Origin: an uncultured Chloroflexia bacterium
GTDB lineage: Bacteria; Chloroflexota; Anaerolineae; Anaerolineales; UBA4823
Reading direction: 5' to 3'
Assembly (NCBI GenBank): GCA_963777935.1
Contig: CAVZSL010000003.1
Coordinates: 19,957 to 83,956 of the forward strand
Length of the DNA stretch: 64,000 nt
Positions 1 through 11,055 of the stretch are shown here, one piece after another (the first letter of the stretch is position 1; each line of letters starts with the position of its first letter). The notes under the pieces were generated by a model. That model was given only the letters and a program-made list of their open reading frames with translations. It was not told the DNA's origin and searched no databases. The translations under genes were made by a program, and so were the position numbers.

Positions 1-88
1 AATACAAAAAATTAGGCACAAGTAACAGGACGGCTCCAAGGGTCAGGCAAACGACAGCTTTGATGATCATTAAAGTTTTAAGGCTCAT
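1..88 (-). CDS. hypothetical small membrane protein, N-terminal fragment running off the left edge
   Basis: Reverse-strand ATG at 88-86, with an AAGGAG SD (rc of 97-102) 8 nt upstream. Translation MSLKTLMIIKAVVCLTLGAVLLLVPNFLY is a hydrophobic helix and stays open to the window edge. Confidence 0.35.
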   Translation of the reverse strand, partial: MSLKTLMIIKAVVCLTLGAVLLLVPNFLY

Positions 89-202
89 TTTAGGTTCTCC
101 TTTTCTGAAACAAATTTATGCGAATTTATTGACGCTTTATAAGGTAATGGAATTGACATGATCTGATATTCATCCCACAACGAATTGCTCGGCTCCTCCT
201 TT

Positions 203-361
203 CTACAATGCTTTTATATTTAATCCCGGTCCTTTCCTTCTCCCGATCTCATTTTGGGAAATAAGCGTCCACACCCAAACATGGGTTATTACGGCAATAG
301 ATAAAATCCATAAAGCAAAGCTGGTATGAAAGAGAAACAGAATTTTATTATTTTGATCCAT
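203..361 (-). CDS. hypothetical small membrane protein (52 aa)
   Basis: Internal ATG of the 203..388 ORF, preceded by AAGGAG (rc of 371-376) at 9 nt. MDQNNKILFLFHTSFALWILSIAVITHVWVW is one TM helix. No recognisable family. Confidence 0.3.
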   Translation of the reverse strand: MDQNNKILFLFHTSFALWILSIAVITHVWVWTLISQNEIGRRKGPGLNIKAL

Positions 362-516
362 GGCACCTATCTCCTTGCTTATTTGCATCTTCTGTCTGTA
401 TAATAGAGGTAACTCGTAAAGGATTCGTTAAATAACCATTAAGCGGGGTTGATTTCCAAAGTATTTTTCTTGGATGTTTTTTTCTTCCAATTGAATTACT
501 TGAGCAAACCGCATTC

Positions 517-3500
517 ATGGTTGCCTGGGTGGAGAAGATGTTAGAAATTAGGGTATTGGGTGGATTTGACCTTCGGGTAAATGGCCAGGCGCTCAAGGAC
601 CTGGGTTCACGCAAGGCTGAGGCAATCCTGGTCTACCTGGCAATGCGCGGGGGAATGTGTAATCGGAATGTACTTGCAGCCTTGTTATGGCCCGAGAGCC
701 CTGAGAACCAAGCCATGACCAGCTTAAGAGTGGCTTTGTCACTATTGCATAGAGAGCTGGCGGATTATTTAGAGGTCTCACGTGATGTGGTAGGCATTAA
801 GCCGGGTGCCAATGTGTATCTTGACGTGACTGACCTGGAAGGGAAACTGGCGGGGGGTGAGCTGGAGCAAGCTCTAGATGTATATCAGGGTGATTTCTTA
901 CAGGGGTTCAATATCCGTGACTGCCTGGAGTTTGAAGATTGGCGCCGGTTACAACAGGAGCGGGTAAACGAGGTGGTAAAGCACGGATTGCATTCAGCGA
1001 TCTCCCATGCCATAGAAATAGAAGATTATCAGAAAGGACAAGATTTCACCCGGCGATTGCTCGAGATAGATCCGCTGGATGAGCAAGCTCACAGGAAGTG
1101 TATGCTCCTGTACGTATTAGATGGCCAGCGGGCGCACGCCTTGGAGCATTATGAAAAATGCCAGGATATTTTGCAGGCAGAGCTGGGTGTTGAGCCCTCT
1201 CAGGAGACGCAGTCGCTGTATACGCAGATCTTACAGGGGGCAAGACCTGGAAGTGATACTACGCTGATGTCAGTATTTCATCTTCCTGTCCCCCAAACGA
1301 GCTTTATAGGTCGAGAACAGGAGCTGGCACAGATTGTTACCTTGATCACCAACCCCACCTGCCGTTTATTGACTCTGACAGGACCAGGTGGGATTGGTAA
1401 GACACGTTTAGCCATCCGGGCCGTCACCAAAAGTTTTCATAATTATTCAGATGGGACTTATTTTGTTCCATTGGAAGGGATCGCATCTGTCGATTACCTT
1501 GTTCATGCCATTGCTGATGCAATTCAGTTTAAGATTGATTCTTTAGAGACTCAGCTTGACTCTAAACATCAATTACTGGATTATTTGAAGAACCGATCAA
1601 TCTTGTTGTTGTTGGATGGATTTGAGCATTTGATGATAAGCGCTGGACTGCTATCGGAAATCCTTGGACACGCTCCTCACATCAAAATACTGGTTACTTC
1701 CAGGCAAAAGTTAGATTTAATGGGGGAATGGATTTTTCCCGTTACAGGCCTTCCAGTACCTCAAAACCCTGGCGAACTGCTTCCAGTAGATTCGAGTGCA
1801 CTCCGCCTGTTTACCGAGCGCGCCCAGCAAGCAAATATCGAATTTGAGTATTCTGAGGTAGATCGAAGCTGTATCACTCACATTTGTTGGCTTGTGGAGG
1901 GAATGCCCCTCGGAATCGAGCTGGCAGCAGCCTGGACACCTGTACTTTCTCTCAAAGAGATCAGTGAAGAGATCCAGAACAACCTGGATTTCCTCAACAC
2001 TGATAAGCGCGATGTGGATGACAAGCACCATAGTTTACGGGCTACATTTGATAGTTCTTGGCAATTACTGAATGAAACACAGCGGGATGTATTTTGTAAG
2101 CTCTCGATCTTTCAAGGAGGCTTTGACCGGGAGGCAGCCGTGGGGGTAGCCAGAGTCAGTATAAGTCAGATTACCGGCATAATGGATCGATCAATGCTAA
2201 GCAGGGTTCATACCGGTCGTTTTTTTATGCATGGTTTGCTGCGGCAGTATGGTATTGAAAAGCTAAAGGCCTCATTACCTACCTGGGATGAAACCTGTAA
2301 TCAGCATTGCCTTTATTACACACAATTTTTAACCCAGCGGGAATCAAATTTACTGGGTGACCAGATGTATATTGCCTCGGATGAAGTACGAAAAGAGATG
2401 GATAATATCCGTTTTGCGGTTAATTGGGCAATAGTCCATTGGGAAGGAGACAAGGTCAGGAAAATCCTGGCTGGATTACTGGCTTTTTATGCGGCGTTTG
2501 GCTGGTATGAAGGAAAAGACGCCTTCAGGAATATTGCTCAAACCAGGAGAGATGCCCTCCGTTCTCAGAATGTGCTTGATTTGGAAAAAGATCCGATCTA
2601 TTTAAGCGCCTGTACACACCAGGCGTTTTTACTGTGTAACCTGGGACAAATCGAAGAGAGTGAGGCGATATCGCGAAAATGCCTTGAGCCTTTAAGTGCT
2701 CTCGGTTTGAATAGCGAACTCTCTGAATGTATCCATAACCTTGGGGTAAATGCTTCTTTCCGAGGTGAATATGAACTTGCGATGGAGCAATTGGAGCGAG
2801 CCATCCTACTTGGTAAGGAAAGCCAAAATTCCATGTGGCCAACCTATTTGTTATGGTTGGGTCACGCTTACTTCCTGCTTGGTGAGTATGCGCGTGGACT
2901 GGAGAGTTTACAAAAATGCTATGAAATTTTCGAGCGCCTGGGAAATTATTGGGGCATGGCATTCGCATCCAGCAAGATGGGATTGGCTGCAGATGGGTTG
3001 GGAGAATTTGATAAGGCGAAGGAATATCATCGCCAGGCACTGGTCATATTCGAGAAAACGAATAACCAAACTGGTAAAGGGTATGCTTTAAGCCGCATGA
3101 GCGAGAGCGCATACTTCCTTGAGGAATACCAACTAGCAGTGCAGCTAGCAGCAGAAGGCCATCAGATATTCAAATCGCTTGGACATCATTGGGGGATTTG
3201 CACGACACTATGCCGGTTAGGGTTCGGATATGTCGGGCTGGGAGAGATAACTAAAGCAGATGGTTGTTTCAGAGAAGCTCTCAAGCAATCCCGAAATTAC
3301 CAAACGGTGCCTTTATGCTTATATGCCCTGGCTGGAATGGCAGCTACCATGGTGCATGTGCAGGGGCAGGTAGAGCCAGCCGTTGAGCTTTTTCAATACA
3401 TCCAATACCACCCTCAAACCCCAGCGTTATGCATCCAACAAACCGCTCGGTGGTTCACCCACATAAATTTACCTGATAATGCGCACACTGCTGGATTGAG

Positions 3501-3555
3501 AAGCGATGAGTGCAAAAAAATTGAAGTAATTATTGATGGAGTTTTAAATTCCTGA
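517..3555 (+). CDS. SARP/AfsR-type transcriptional regulator: OmpR-like wHTH + BTAD + NB-ARC (STAND) P-loop ATPase + C-terminal TPR array
   Basis: 1012-aa ORF. The N-terminus LEIRVLGGFDLRVNGQ...RKAEAILVYLA plus the EFEDWRR...LLEIDPLDEQAHR segment is typical of BTAD. Walker A is LTGPGGIGKTRLA. The C-terminal half has repeated TPR-like helices (YxxAxxxxxxALxI). An alternative start is ATG 538 (MLEIRVLGG). Confidence 0.85.
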   Translation: MVAWVEKMLEIRVLGGFDLRVNGQALKDLGSRKAEAILVYLAMRGGMCNRNVLAALLWPESPENQAMTSLRVALSLLHRELADYLEVSRDVVGIKPGANVYLDVTDLEGKLAGGELEQALDVYQGDFLQGFNIRDCLEFEDWRRLQQERVNEVVKHGLHSAISHAIEIEDYQKGQDFTRRLLEIDPLDEQAHRKCMLLYVLDGQRAHALEHYEKCQDILQAELGVEPSQETQSLYTQILQGARPGSDTTLMSVFHLPVPQTSFIGREQELAQIVTLITNPTCRLLTLTGPGGIGKTRLAIRAVTKSFHNYSDGTYFVPLEGIASVDYLVHAIADAIQFKIDSLETQLDSKHQLLDYLKNRSILLLLDGFEHLMISAGLLSEILGHAPHIKILVTSRQKLDLMGEWIFPVTGLPVPQNPGELLPVDSSALRLFTERAQQANIEFEYSEVDRSCITHICWLVEGMPLGIELAAAWTPVLSLKEISEEIQNNLDFLNTDKRDVDDKHHSLRATFDSSWQLLNETQRDVFCKLSIFQGGFDREAAVGVARVSISQITGIMDRSMLSRVHTGRFFMHGLLRQYGIEKLKASLPTWDETCNQHCLYYTQFLTQRESNLLGDQMYIASDEVRKEMDNIRFAVNWAIVHWEGDKVRKILAGLLAFYAAFGWYEGKDAFRNIAQTRRDALRSQNVLDLEKDPIYLSACTHQAFLLCNLGQIEESEAISRKCLEPLSALGLNSELSECIHNLGVNASFRGEYELAMEQLERAILLGKESQNSMWPTYLLWLGHAYFLLGEYARGLESLQKCYEIFERLGNYWGMAFASSKMGLAADGLGEFDKAKEYHRQALVIFEKTNNQTGKGYALSRMSESAYFLEEYQLAVQLAAEGHQIFKSLGHHWGICTTLCRLGFGYVGLGEITKADGCFREALKQSRNYQTVPLCLYALAGMAATMVHVQGQVEPAVELFQYIQYHPQTPALCIQQTARWFTHINLPDNAHTAGLRSDECKKIEVIIDGVLNS

Positions 3556-3587
3556 GGCAAGCGAACATAGGATCCCAATTCCCAGAC

Positions 3588-3880
3588 TCAACCACCCGCC
3601 ATGGCACCCACTATCCTGAGGGGTTCCTCGCCTGATGCCACCATCTCCGGCAGTGGATTGGAGGTTGGCTCTTGCGATAAATCCTCTCCACTGGCGAAGA
3701 AGCGGATGAAAGGACGCCGCTGTCTGGTAACCTGGTCGCGGATCGTCCCGCGCAGCATGGGATAGCTTGTTTCCAATATGTCTAACACAGTTTCCAATGA
3801 GGCAGTGCCTTCAACCAGGACTGCGACTTCGCCACCAGTCTTGGCTAAAGACTGTAGCGGAATGGGGAGCACCACCCGAA

Positions 3881-3893
<13 letters not shown>
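3588..3893 (-). CDS. MoaD/ThiS-like beta-grasp (ubiquitin-like) protein ending in Gly-Gly
   Basis: 101-aa ORF ending ...RIVGAMAGG-stop, the diglycine C-terminus typical of sulfur-carrier/Ubl proteins. It overlaps the stop of the upstream BNR gene by 13 nt, suggesting translational coupling. Confidence 0.65.
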
Positions 3894-4996
<1,103 letters not shown>

Positions 4997-5162
4997 CTCA
5001 TCTATTCCCTCTATGTTCCTATTCGTTTATCAAATTTACCTGTTCGATGAGCCCCTCAGTCCATATTTTACTTGGGATTTTGGACGGAGAAGTGGAGGTC
5101 GTCGGGGCCCTTTGAAAATTATCCGTCCTTACATCGGTCGTTGATTGAATCTTTCCTACGCG

Positions 5163-5552
5163 TTAAATTACGGGTTGTACAAGGTTGATCAGGTTGCCAC
5201 AGGTGTCCTCAAATAAGACCGATAGGAAGGTGCCATAGTTTTGAGGCTCGCTGCGGAAGACCACTCCTTTGCCTCCGAGTCGTTGATACTCGCTCTGAAG
5301 ATCGGCGCTAAGAAAAGCAGTGAGAGGAATACCCGCTTCGTATAATGCTTTTTGATAATCCCTGGCGGGAGGGAAACCCATCGGCTCGAGCACCAGCTCG
5401 ATACCTTCCGGACCCTCCGGGGAGGTAACAGTAATCCAGCGATACTCCCCAACAGGTACATCCGCCTTTTTAACAAATCCCAACACCTCGGTGTAAAATT
5501 TCAGTGCCTTCTCCTGGTCATCCACCATGACACTGCTTAGATTAATACGCAT
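5163..5552 (-). CDS. VOC (glyoxalase/bleomycin-resistance/dioxygenase) family protein
   Basis: 129-aa ORF. MRINLSSVMVDDQEKALKFYTEVLGF... and the C-terminal FEDTCGNLINLVQ are typical of the VOC fold. Confidence 0.8.
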   Translation of the reverse strand: MRINLSSVMVDDQEKALKFYTEVLGFVKKADVPVGEYRWITVTSPEGPEGIELVLEPMGFPPARDYQKALYEAGIPLTAFLSADLQSEYQRLGGKGVVFRSEPQNYGTFLSVLFEDTCGNLINLVQPVI

Positions 5553-5680
5553 TGGTTCCTCCTTCGTGATACCGGGTATTCACTCATCCTGGCTTTGATC
5601 AATTTCCCCGATAATACCACAATTATTATCAAATTATACCTAATAATCCGATGAAAGAGTGAGGTAAATTGTTCCGTGGA

Positions 5681-6673
5681 TTATCCTTGATTGGATGAAA
5701 TTGAGACTGTTTCCACCCTACCGATGATGCGCCATGCCAGCAGGGTTAACCACCTGGATGGCACCTTCTTCTGTCCAAATTCCCAATCTTTCCAGGCAGT
5801 CCAGACTGATTCTAAGGTATAGCGCCCTTGTTCATCAGACTTGCTCTTTAATACCCCGAGTAGTTCGAGAAAGCGGGGATCATCCTTCAGCCATTCAAAG
5901 CGGGATAAGACGTCCAATACATGCATCAGGTCGTACCACACGAAGGGTACCTTGAGCTTACGAAAGTCGGTGCCCATATAGAACATATAGGGGTGTTGGG
6001 TGAGGCTCTCGCTCCACAAGCTGAGCAGGGTTTCGGCACCTGTGCGGCATTCAGATGTATTACGCCATTCATCTATGGCGGATAATGCCTTCAGCATGGC
6101 GAGGGTAGCGAAAGGGCAGGGATCTCCCTTGCGCCCTGGGCCACGGAATTTTCCCAGCTCTTTTGAGACCGTGCAAGGCCAGCCATTCTCGCGGATCAAT
6201 CCAGCTAGGTGATTGGTTGCATCCTTCACCCTTGGATCATCCTGTAAACCAAATTTTGCCAGGGCATACACGATGAGCGGGGCATCACACAACGCCCATG
6301 CCCATAGGTCTGTGCCTGTACCCCCAAAGTGGACCGGGATGTTGGTGGACAGCTGGAAGGGTCCCTCGTCTGAATGGTGCTCCAGGATGCGCTGGATGAT
6401 TGCATGCATTCCGGGATCACTGGTTTGGAGCCCCAGGTCAGCGATGAAGGTCAACTTATGGAAAGGCTGCCCGGCGCTCTTATGGCTGGAGATAACCGTA
6501 CCTGGCCAGCCTGAAAGTTCAGCAACAAGGTTTTGCACCAAGGGGTACGCCATCAAGGACTGGAACGCCAACCTGACCTGCGGGTCATCTTCGGGTTGTC
6601 CCAGCAAATCTAGCCTGGTCCGATATTCAATCCAGGGATCGCCTTTTAGAAGCCAGTCAATTGGAATATTCAT
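5681..6673 (-). CDS. hypothetical protein (possibly alpha/alpha-toroid, prenyltransferase/terpenoid-cyclase-like; weak)
   Basis: Clean 330-aa ORF with coding-like composition. I recognise no diagnostic motif, and the fold suggestion rests only on a Trp/Gly-rich helical pattern. Confidence 0.55.
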   Translation of the reverse strand: MNIPIDWLLKGDPWIEYRTRLDLLGQPEDDPQVRLAFQSLMAYPLVQNLVAELSGWPGTVISSHKSAGQPFHKLTFIADLGLQTSDPGMHAIIQRILEHHSDEGPFQLSTNIPVHFGGTGTDLWAWALCDAPLIVYALAKFGLQDDPRVKDATNHLAGLIRENGWPCTVSKELGKFRGPGRKGDPCPFATLAMLKALSAIDEWRNTSECRTGAETLLSLWSESLTQHPYMFYMGTDFRKLKVPFVWYDLMHVLDVLSRFEWLKDDPRFLELLGVLKSKSDEQGRYTLESVWTAWKDWEFGQKKVPSRWLTLLAWRIIGRVETVSISSNQG

Positions 6674-6865
6674 CTTCTTTTACCCTCCCGATTTTATCAT
6701 TTTCCAGGCGTTAGATAGCGCTGCCTGTATCCAATCCATAGAAGGAATATACATTTCCTCCCGGCTTATGCTGTATTTACAAGGATTATAATAACCCAAG
6801 GGAATGCACTCACTACAAAACCTTAGAATCACCTTTGATTTAGAATTTAACTCCAGGAGCAAATC

Positions 6866-8674
6866 ATGACGAATACGACCACCCTCCCCTCCCGTAGTGA
6901 AGTCCCATCCGAGCAGACCTGGAATCTCGCTTCGGTCTTTTCTACGCCTAAGGATTGGGAGGCTGCCTGCAGCGAGTTAACCAATATGCTGCCTGCTCTA
7001 TCTGCCTGCCAGGGGCACCTGGGTGAAAATCCGGAAAAGTTATTAGCATTCATCCAGCTTTATCAGGACGCTGGCACATTGATGGGCAAGATCAATTTGT
7101 ATGCCAGTAATGCCTATGCAGTGGATACGCTTGACCAGCAGGCGGCTGCCCGCAATGGGCAGGGACGCAGCCTGATGGCAAAATTCAGTGCCACCACCGC
7201 CTTCTTCGACCCTGAGCTGATGCAGATTGGCTTTCCCAGGCTGCGCCAATGGATGCAGGATGAGCCAAAACTGGCATTCTTCGCTCATTATGTGGATAAG
7301 CTGGAGAAACGGCAAACACATGTACGCTCCGGTGAGGTGGAAGAGGTACTGGCAATGGTTAATGACCCTTTTTTTGCTGCCACCAGCATCTATAATGCGC
7401 TCAATAACGCCGAGCTAAACTTTCAGCCAGCCATTGCTTCAGATGGTACCCTTCACGAAATCGGGCAGGCAAACATCAGCACCCTGATCACCCACCCCGA
7501 CCGGGAAGTGCGCCGAACTGCCTGGGAGAATTATTCCGATGGGTATCTCAAATTCAAAAGTACCATGGCCGCCACCCTCACTGCAACCATACGGCAGGAT
7601 GTATTCAACGCCAAGGCACGCGGTTATGAATCCTCATTGCATGCCTCATTGGCACCCAACAATATCCCCGTGGAGGTCTTCCACAACCTGATCGAGGTCT
7701 TCAAGAAGAACCTGCCTACCTGGCAGCGCTACTGGAGCATACGCAGAAAGCTTTTAGGATACGACTCATTCCACGTTTATGATATCAAAGCTCCACTTAC
7801 TACTCAAAAACCGGCCATCCCATTCTGCCAGGCAGTGGAATGGATTACAGAAGGCATGGCTCCTTTAGGCAGGGAGTATGTCGATATCCTGCAGCGTGGA
7901 TGCCTGGAGGAGCGTTGGGTGGATTATGCCCGTAACAAGGGAAAGCGCGAGGGCGCTTTCTCCAGCGGATCTATGGGCACACGACCTTTCATTATGATGA
8001 GTTATGCTGATGATGTATTCAGCTTGAGCACGCTGGCACACGAGCTGGGTCACTCCCTGCACTCCTTTCACAGCCGGTTGTTTCAGCCGTTCATCTACAG
8101 TCGCTACTCGCTCTTCGTGGCTGAAGTGGCTTCCAACTTCAATCAGGCCATGGTGCGCCACCACTTGTTCGAGACCCAAACTTCTCCTGAATTCCAAGTT
8201 AGCCTGATTGAGGAGGCTATGTCGAACTATCATCGTTACTTTTTCATCATGCCCACCCTGGCACGCTTCGAGCTCGAGTTGCACAACCGGGCAGAGAAGG
8301 GACAGCCCATCAATGCAGATATTCTCATCGGACTTACTGCTGACCTGTTCAAGGAGGGCTATGGTGATGAAGTGGAGTTTGACCACGACCGGATTGGCAT
8401 TACCTGGGCACAGTTCGGTCACATGTACATGAACTTTTATGTCTATCAATATGCTACGGGTATCTCCGGTGCGCATGCCCTGGTGGATAGCATCCTTTCC
8501 GGTAAGCCGGATGCTGCACAGAAGTATCTTGATTTCTTGAAGCTGGGCGGCTCGATGTACCCGCTGGATGCTCTTCAGATGGCGGGGATCGACCTCACCT
8601 CAAGCGAACCGGTCGAGAAAGCTTTTGATGTGGTGGCTGGTTTGGTGGACAGATTGGAGCAACTCAATGGATAA
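6866..8674 (+). CDS. pepF: oligoendopeptidase F, M3B family
   Basis: 602-aa ORF with the zinc motif HELGHSLH and M3B-like flanks (..FSSGSMGTRPFIMMSY.., ..WAQFGHMYMNFYVYQYATG..). Confidence 0.9.
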   Translation: MTNTTTLPSRSEVPSEQTWNLASVFSTPKDWEAACSELTNMLPALSACQGHLGENPEKLLAFIQLYQDAGTLMGKINLYASNAYAVDTLDQQAAARNGQGRSLMAKFSATTAFFDPELMQIGFPRLRQWMQDEPKLAFFAHYVDKLEKRQTHVRSGEVEEVLAMVNDPFFAATSIYNALNNAELNFQPAIASDGTLHEIGQANISTLITHPDREVRRTAWENYSDGYLKFKSTMAATLTATIRQDVFNAKARGYESSLHASLAPNNIPVEVFHNLIEVFKKNLPTWQRYWSIRRKLLGYDSFHVYDIKAPLTTQKPAIPFCQAVEWITEGMAPLGREYVDILQRGCLEERWVDYARNKGKREGAFSSGSMGTRPFIMMSYADDVFSLSTLAHELGHSLHSFHSRLFQPFIYSRYSLFVAEVASNFNQAMVRHHLFETQTSPEFQVSLIEEAMSNYHRYFFIMPTLARFELELHNRAEKGQPINADILIGLTADLFKEGYGDEVEFDHDRIGITWAQFGHMYMNFYVYQYATGISGAHALVDSILSGKPDAAQKYLDFLKLGGSMYPLDALQMAGIDLTSSEPVEKAFDVVAGLVDRLEQLNG

Positions 8675-9164
8675 ACAACCGTTTTCTTCCGCCCGTTCTG
8701 AATTGCTGACTGAGTTTGAGCAGGAATGGGGAAAAGTTGAACACATTTGTGCTGGCATGAGTCAAGCGGATATGGTCACCCCAGGCGTTGAGGGGGAATG
8801 GTCAATCAAGGATATCCTCTGCCACCTCTCCGCCTGGGAAAAATACCTGCTGGACCGGCTGGGGATGGTCATGACGGGGCAGCCTCCCCAGTATCCAGTC
8901 ATGACTTCCTGGGATGACGTCCATCGCTTCAATGCACAGGTATATTCGGATAACAAGGATCGATCACTATCATCGGTGGTCATCGAGTTTCGCAGCCTAT
9001 ACCGGGGTGTGATGACCGTTATTGAAGCCCTTCGTGATGATCAATTCACTCAACCCTATTCTTATGACTTTCCGGATGATGCCCTCTCCCTGTTGCAACT
9101 CATCCGGGCAAACACCTATGTACATTTCCGTGAGCACCGCATTGCCATCGAAAAGGAGAAGTAA
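8667..9164 (+). CDS. DinB/ClbS-like four-helix-bundle family protein
   Basis: ATG 8667 overlaps the pepF stop (ATGGATAA). MDKQPFSSARSELLTEFEQEW...WSIKDILCHLSAWEKYLLDRL resembles DinB/ClbS-type proteins. Confidence 0.65.
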   Translation: MDKQPFSSARSELLTEFEQEWGKVEHICAGMSQADMVTPGVEGEWSIKDILCHLSAWEKYLLDRLGMVMTGQPPQYPVMTSWDDVHRFNAQVYSDNKDRSLSSVVIEFRSLYRGVMTVIEALRDDQFTQPYSYDFPDDALSLLQLIRANTYVHFREHRIAIEKEK

Positions 9165-9166
9165 CT

Positions 9167-10000
9167 ATGCTTGAAATGCCCGAAGCCGTGACAATTGCCC
9201 AACAAATGCAGTCCACCCTTACCAGCAAGACCTTCCAACACTTTAGCCGTGGCGTGCTAATGCACAAGTTTTTGTGGTTAAGCAAAACAGCTGAGGAGTA
9301 TGCTGCTATCCTCACTGGCTTAAAAATCACTGGGGCGAGTAGCTATGGGCGTTCGATCTTCCTGCATGTTGGTGAAGAACGCTTGTTGTGGTTCGGCGAA
9401 TTAGGCGGGCGTATCCTGTATCACCCGCAGGGAAAGCCTTTACCTGCCAAGTACCACCTGCGATGGGACTTTACGGACGACTCGGCGATGACTTACACCC
9501 TGCAGATGTGGGGCTTTGTTCAGCTATTGGAGATGTCTGAATTGTCTGAGCAGCCATATGCCAAGGGGGGCATCCCACCGCTTTCCGAGGCGTTTACTGC
9601 GGAGCAATTCAACCAACTACTGGAGGAGTACCCCGATAAAACCAAAAAAGGCGTCAAGGGTTTTTTAGTCACCAGCCAACACGTCAACGGGATTGGTAAC
9701 AGCTACCTGCAGGATATCCTGTTCAAGGCAAAAATTCATCCTGCCCGCAAGATTCCCACCCTTAGCACAGACGACCGGCAAAGATTGTACACCGCTATCC
9801 AGAACACCTTGGCACAGGCGATCAAGCTAGGCGGGCGTGAGGATGAGCGTGATCTGTTTGACCGACCCGGTGGGTATCAGCGGTTAATGAGCAGCCAATC
9901 TGTCGGACAACCATGCCCAGATTGCAGCACACCCATCCAGAAGATATCATACCTTGGAGGGGCATGCTATTTGTGTCCCCACTGCCAGGTGCAACCATGA
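9167..10000 (+). CDS. Fpg/Nei-family DNA glycosylase/AP lyase-like protein
   Basis: C-terminal zinc finger CPDCSTPIQKISYLGGACYLCPHCQ, plus an H2TH-like region (GIGNSYLQDILFKAKIHP). The SD AAGGAG at 9153-9158 favours ATG 9167 (MLEMPEAV). Family chemistry needs Met-Pro-Glu at the N-terminus, which only ATG 9176 would give. Confidence 0.8.
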   Translation: MLEMPEAVTIAQQMQSTLTSKTFQHFSRGVLMHKFLWLSKTAEEYAAILTGLKITGASSYGRSIFLHVGEERLLWFGELGGRILYHPQGKPLPAKYHLRWDFTDDSAMTYTLQMWGFVQLLEMSELSEQPYAKGGIPPLSEAFTAEQFNQLLEEYPDKTKKGVKGFLVTSQHVNGIGNSYLQDILFKAKIHPARKIPTLSTDDRQRLYTAIQNTLAQAIKLGGREDERDLFDRPGGYQRLMSSQSVGQPCPDCSTPIQKISYLGGACYLCPHCQVQP

Positions 10001-11007
10001 GCATCCCTAAAGTGATGCGAGCCATGTACCTTGAAGCCCAACGCCAGCCCTTAAAGGAGGCGGAAGTCCCTGTGCCACAGCCTGCCTCAGGCCAGGTGCT
10101 GATAAAAGTGCATACCTGTGGAGTGTGCCGAACCGACCTGCATGTGCTGGATGGCGACCTGACTGAACCCAAGTTACCTCTCATCCTGGGCCACCAAATG
10201 GTAGGCACGGTTGTTCAGCTGGGCGAGGGAGTTACCCGGTTCACCCAAGGCCAGCGTATCGGAGTACCCTGGTTGGGTTTCACCGATGGTACCTGCCGCT
10301 ACTGCCAGCGCGGACAGGAGAACCTGTGCGACAACCCTGAGTTCACTGGCTATACCCTGGATGGCGGTTATGCAGAGTATGCCGTGGCCGACCAACGCTA
10401 CTGCTTCCCCTTATCGGAATATTACAACGATTTAGAAGCAGCGCCCCTGCTGTGTGCGGGGTTGATTGGATACCGCACCTACCGCCTGGCGGGGGAGCAC
10501 GTGGAGCGATTGGGCATCTATGGGTTTGGAGCTGCCGGGCACATCATTGCCCAGGTGGCTGCTTATCAAGGGAAACGTGTGTTTGCCTTCACCCGCCCGG
10601 GAGATGAGGCTACGCAGGACTTTGCTCGTAAGTTGGGGGTTTATTGGGTAGGTGGCTCGGATGAAACACCCCCCGAGGAGCTGGATGCAGCCCTTGTCTT
10701 GGCACCCGTGGGTGCACTGATGGTGAATGCATTAAAAGCAGTTGCCAAGGGAGGGGTGGTAGTGAGCGGTGGCATCCACATGACGGATATCCCCACATTT
10801 CCTTACCGCCTGTTATGGGAGGAACGCATCATTCGCTCGGTGGCCAACCTGACGCGTCAGGATGGGGATGAATTCCTGGAGCTTGCCCCCAAAGTGCCGG
10901 TTAAGATCGCAGTCACCCCTTATAAGCTAGAAGATGCCAACCAGGCACTGGATGATTTGCGTTCGGGCAGGCTGGACGGCGCGGCGGTGCTTAAGATCTG
11001 GGAATAG
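9997..11007 (+). CDS. zinc-dependent alcohol dehydrogenase (MDR family)
   Basis: ATG 9997 overlaps the upstream stop (ATGA). Motifs include GVCRTDLH, GHQMVG, the structural-Zn cysteines CRYCQRGQENLC and the Rossmann motif GFGAAGH. Confidence 0.9.
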   Translation: MSIPKVMRAMYLEAQRQPLKEAEVPVPQPASGQVLIKVHTCGVCRTDLHVLDGDLTEPKLPLILGHQMVGTVVQLGEGVTRFTQGQRIGVPWLGFTDGTCRYCQRGQENLCDNPEFTGYTLDGGYAEYAVADQRYCFPLSEYYNDLEAAPLLCAGLIGYRTYRLAGEHVERLGIYGFGAAGHIIAQVAAYQGKRVFAFTRPGDEATQDFARKLGVYWVGGSDETPPEELDAALVLAPVGALMVNALKAVAKGGVVVSGGIHMTDIPTFPYRLLWEERIIRSVANLTRQDGDEFLELAPKVPVKIAVTPYKLEDANQALDDLRSGRLDGAAVLKIWE

Positions 11008-11055
11008 CAGGGTGGCATTCAAAACCGATCCTACAAAATCCAACTGCTGATGTAA

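Noticed and set aside
2525-3040. 171-aa minus-strand ORF, plus other short ORFs inside the SARP regulator gene
   Set aside because: They are antisense or alternative frames of a continuous 1012-aa domain-rich ORF.
6213-6791. 192-aa plus-strand ORF
   Set aside because: It is mostly antisense to the 330-aa minus-strand ORF (5681-6673), which has the more protein-like composition and a sensible start.
7865-8476. 203-aa minus-strand ORF inside pepF
   Set aside because: It is antisense to pepF, which carries the HExxH motif in the forward frame.
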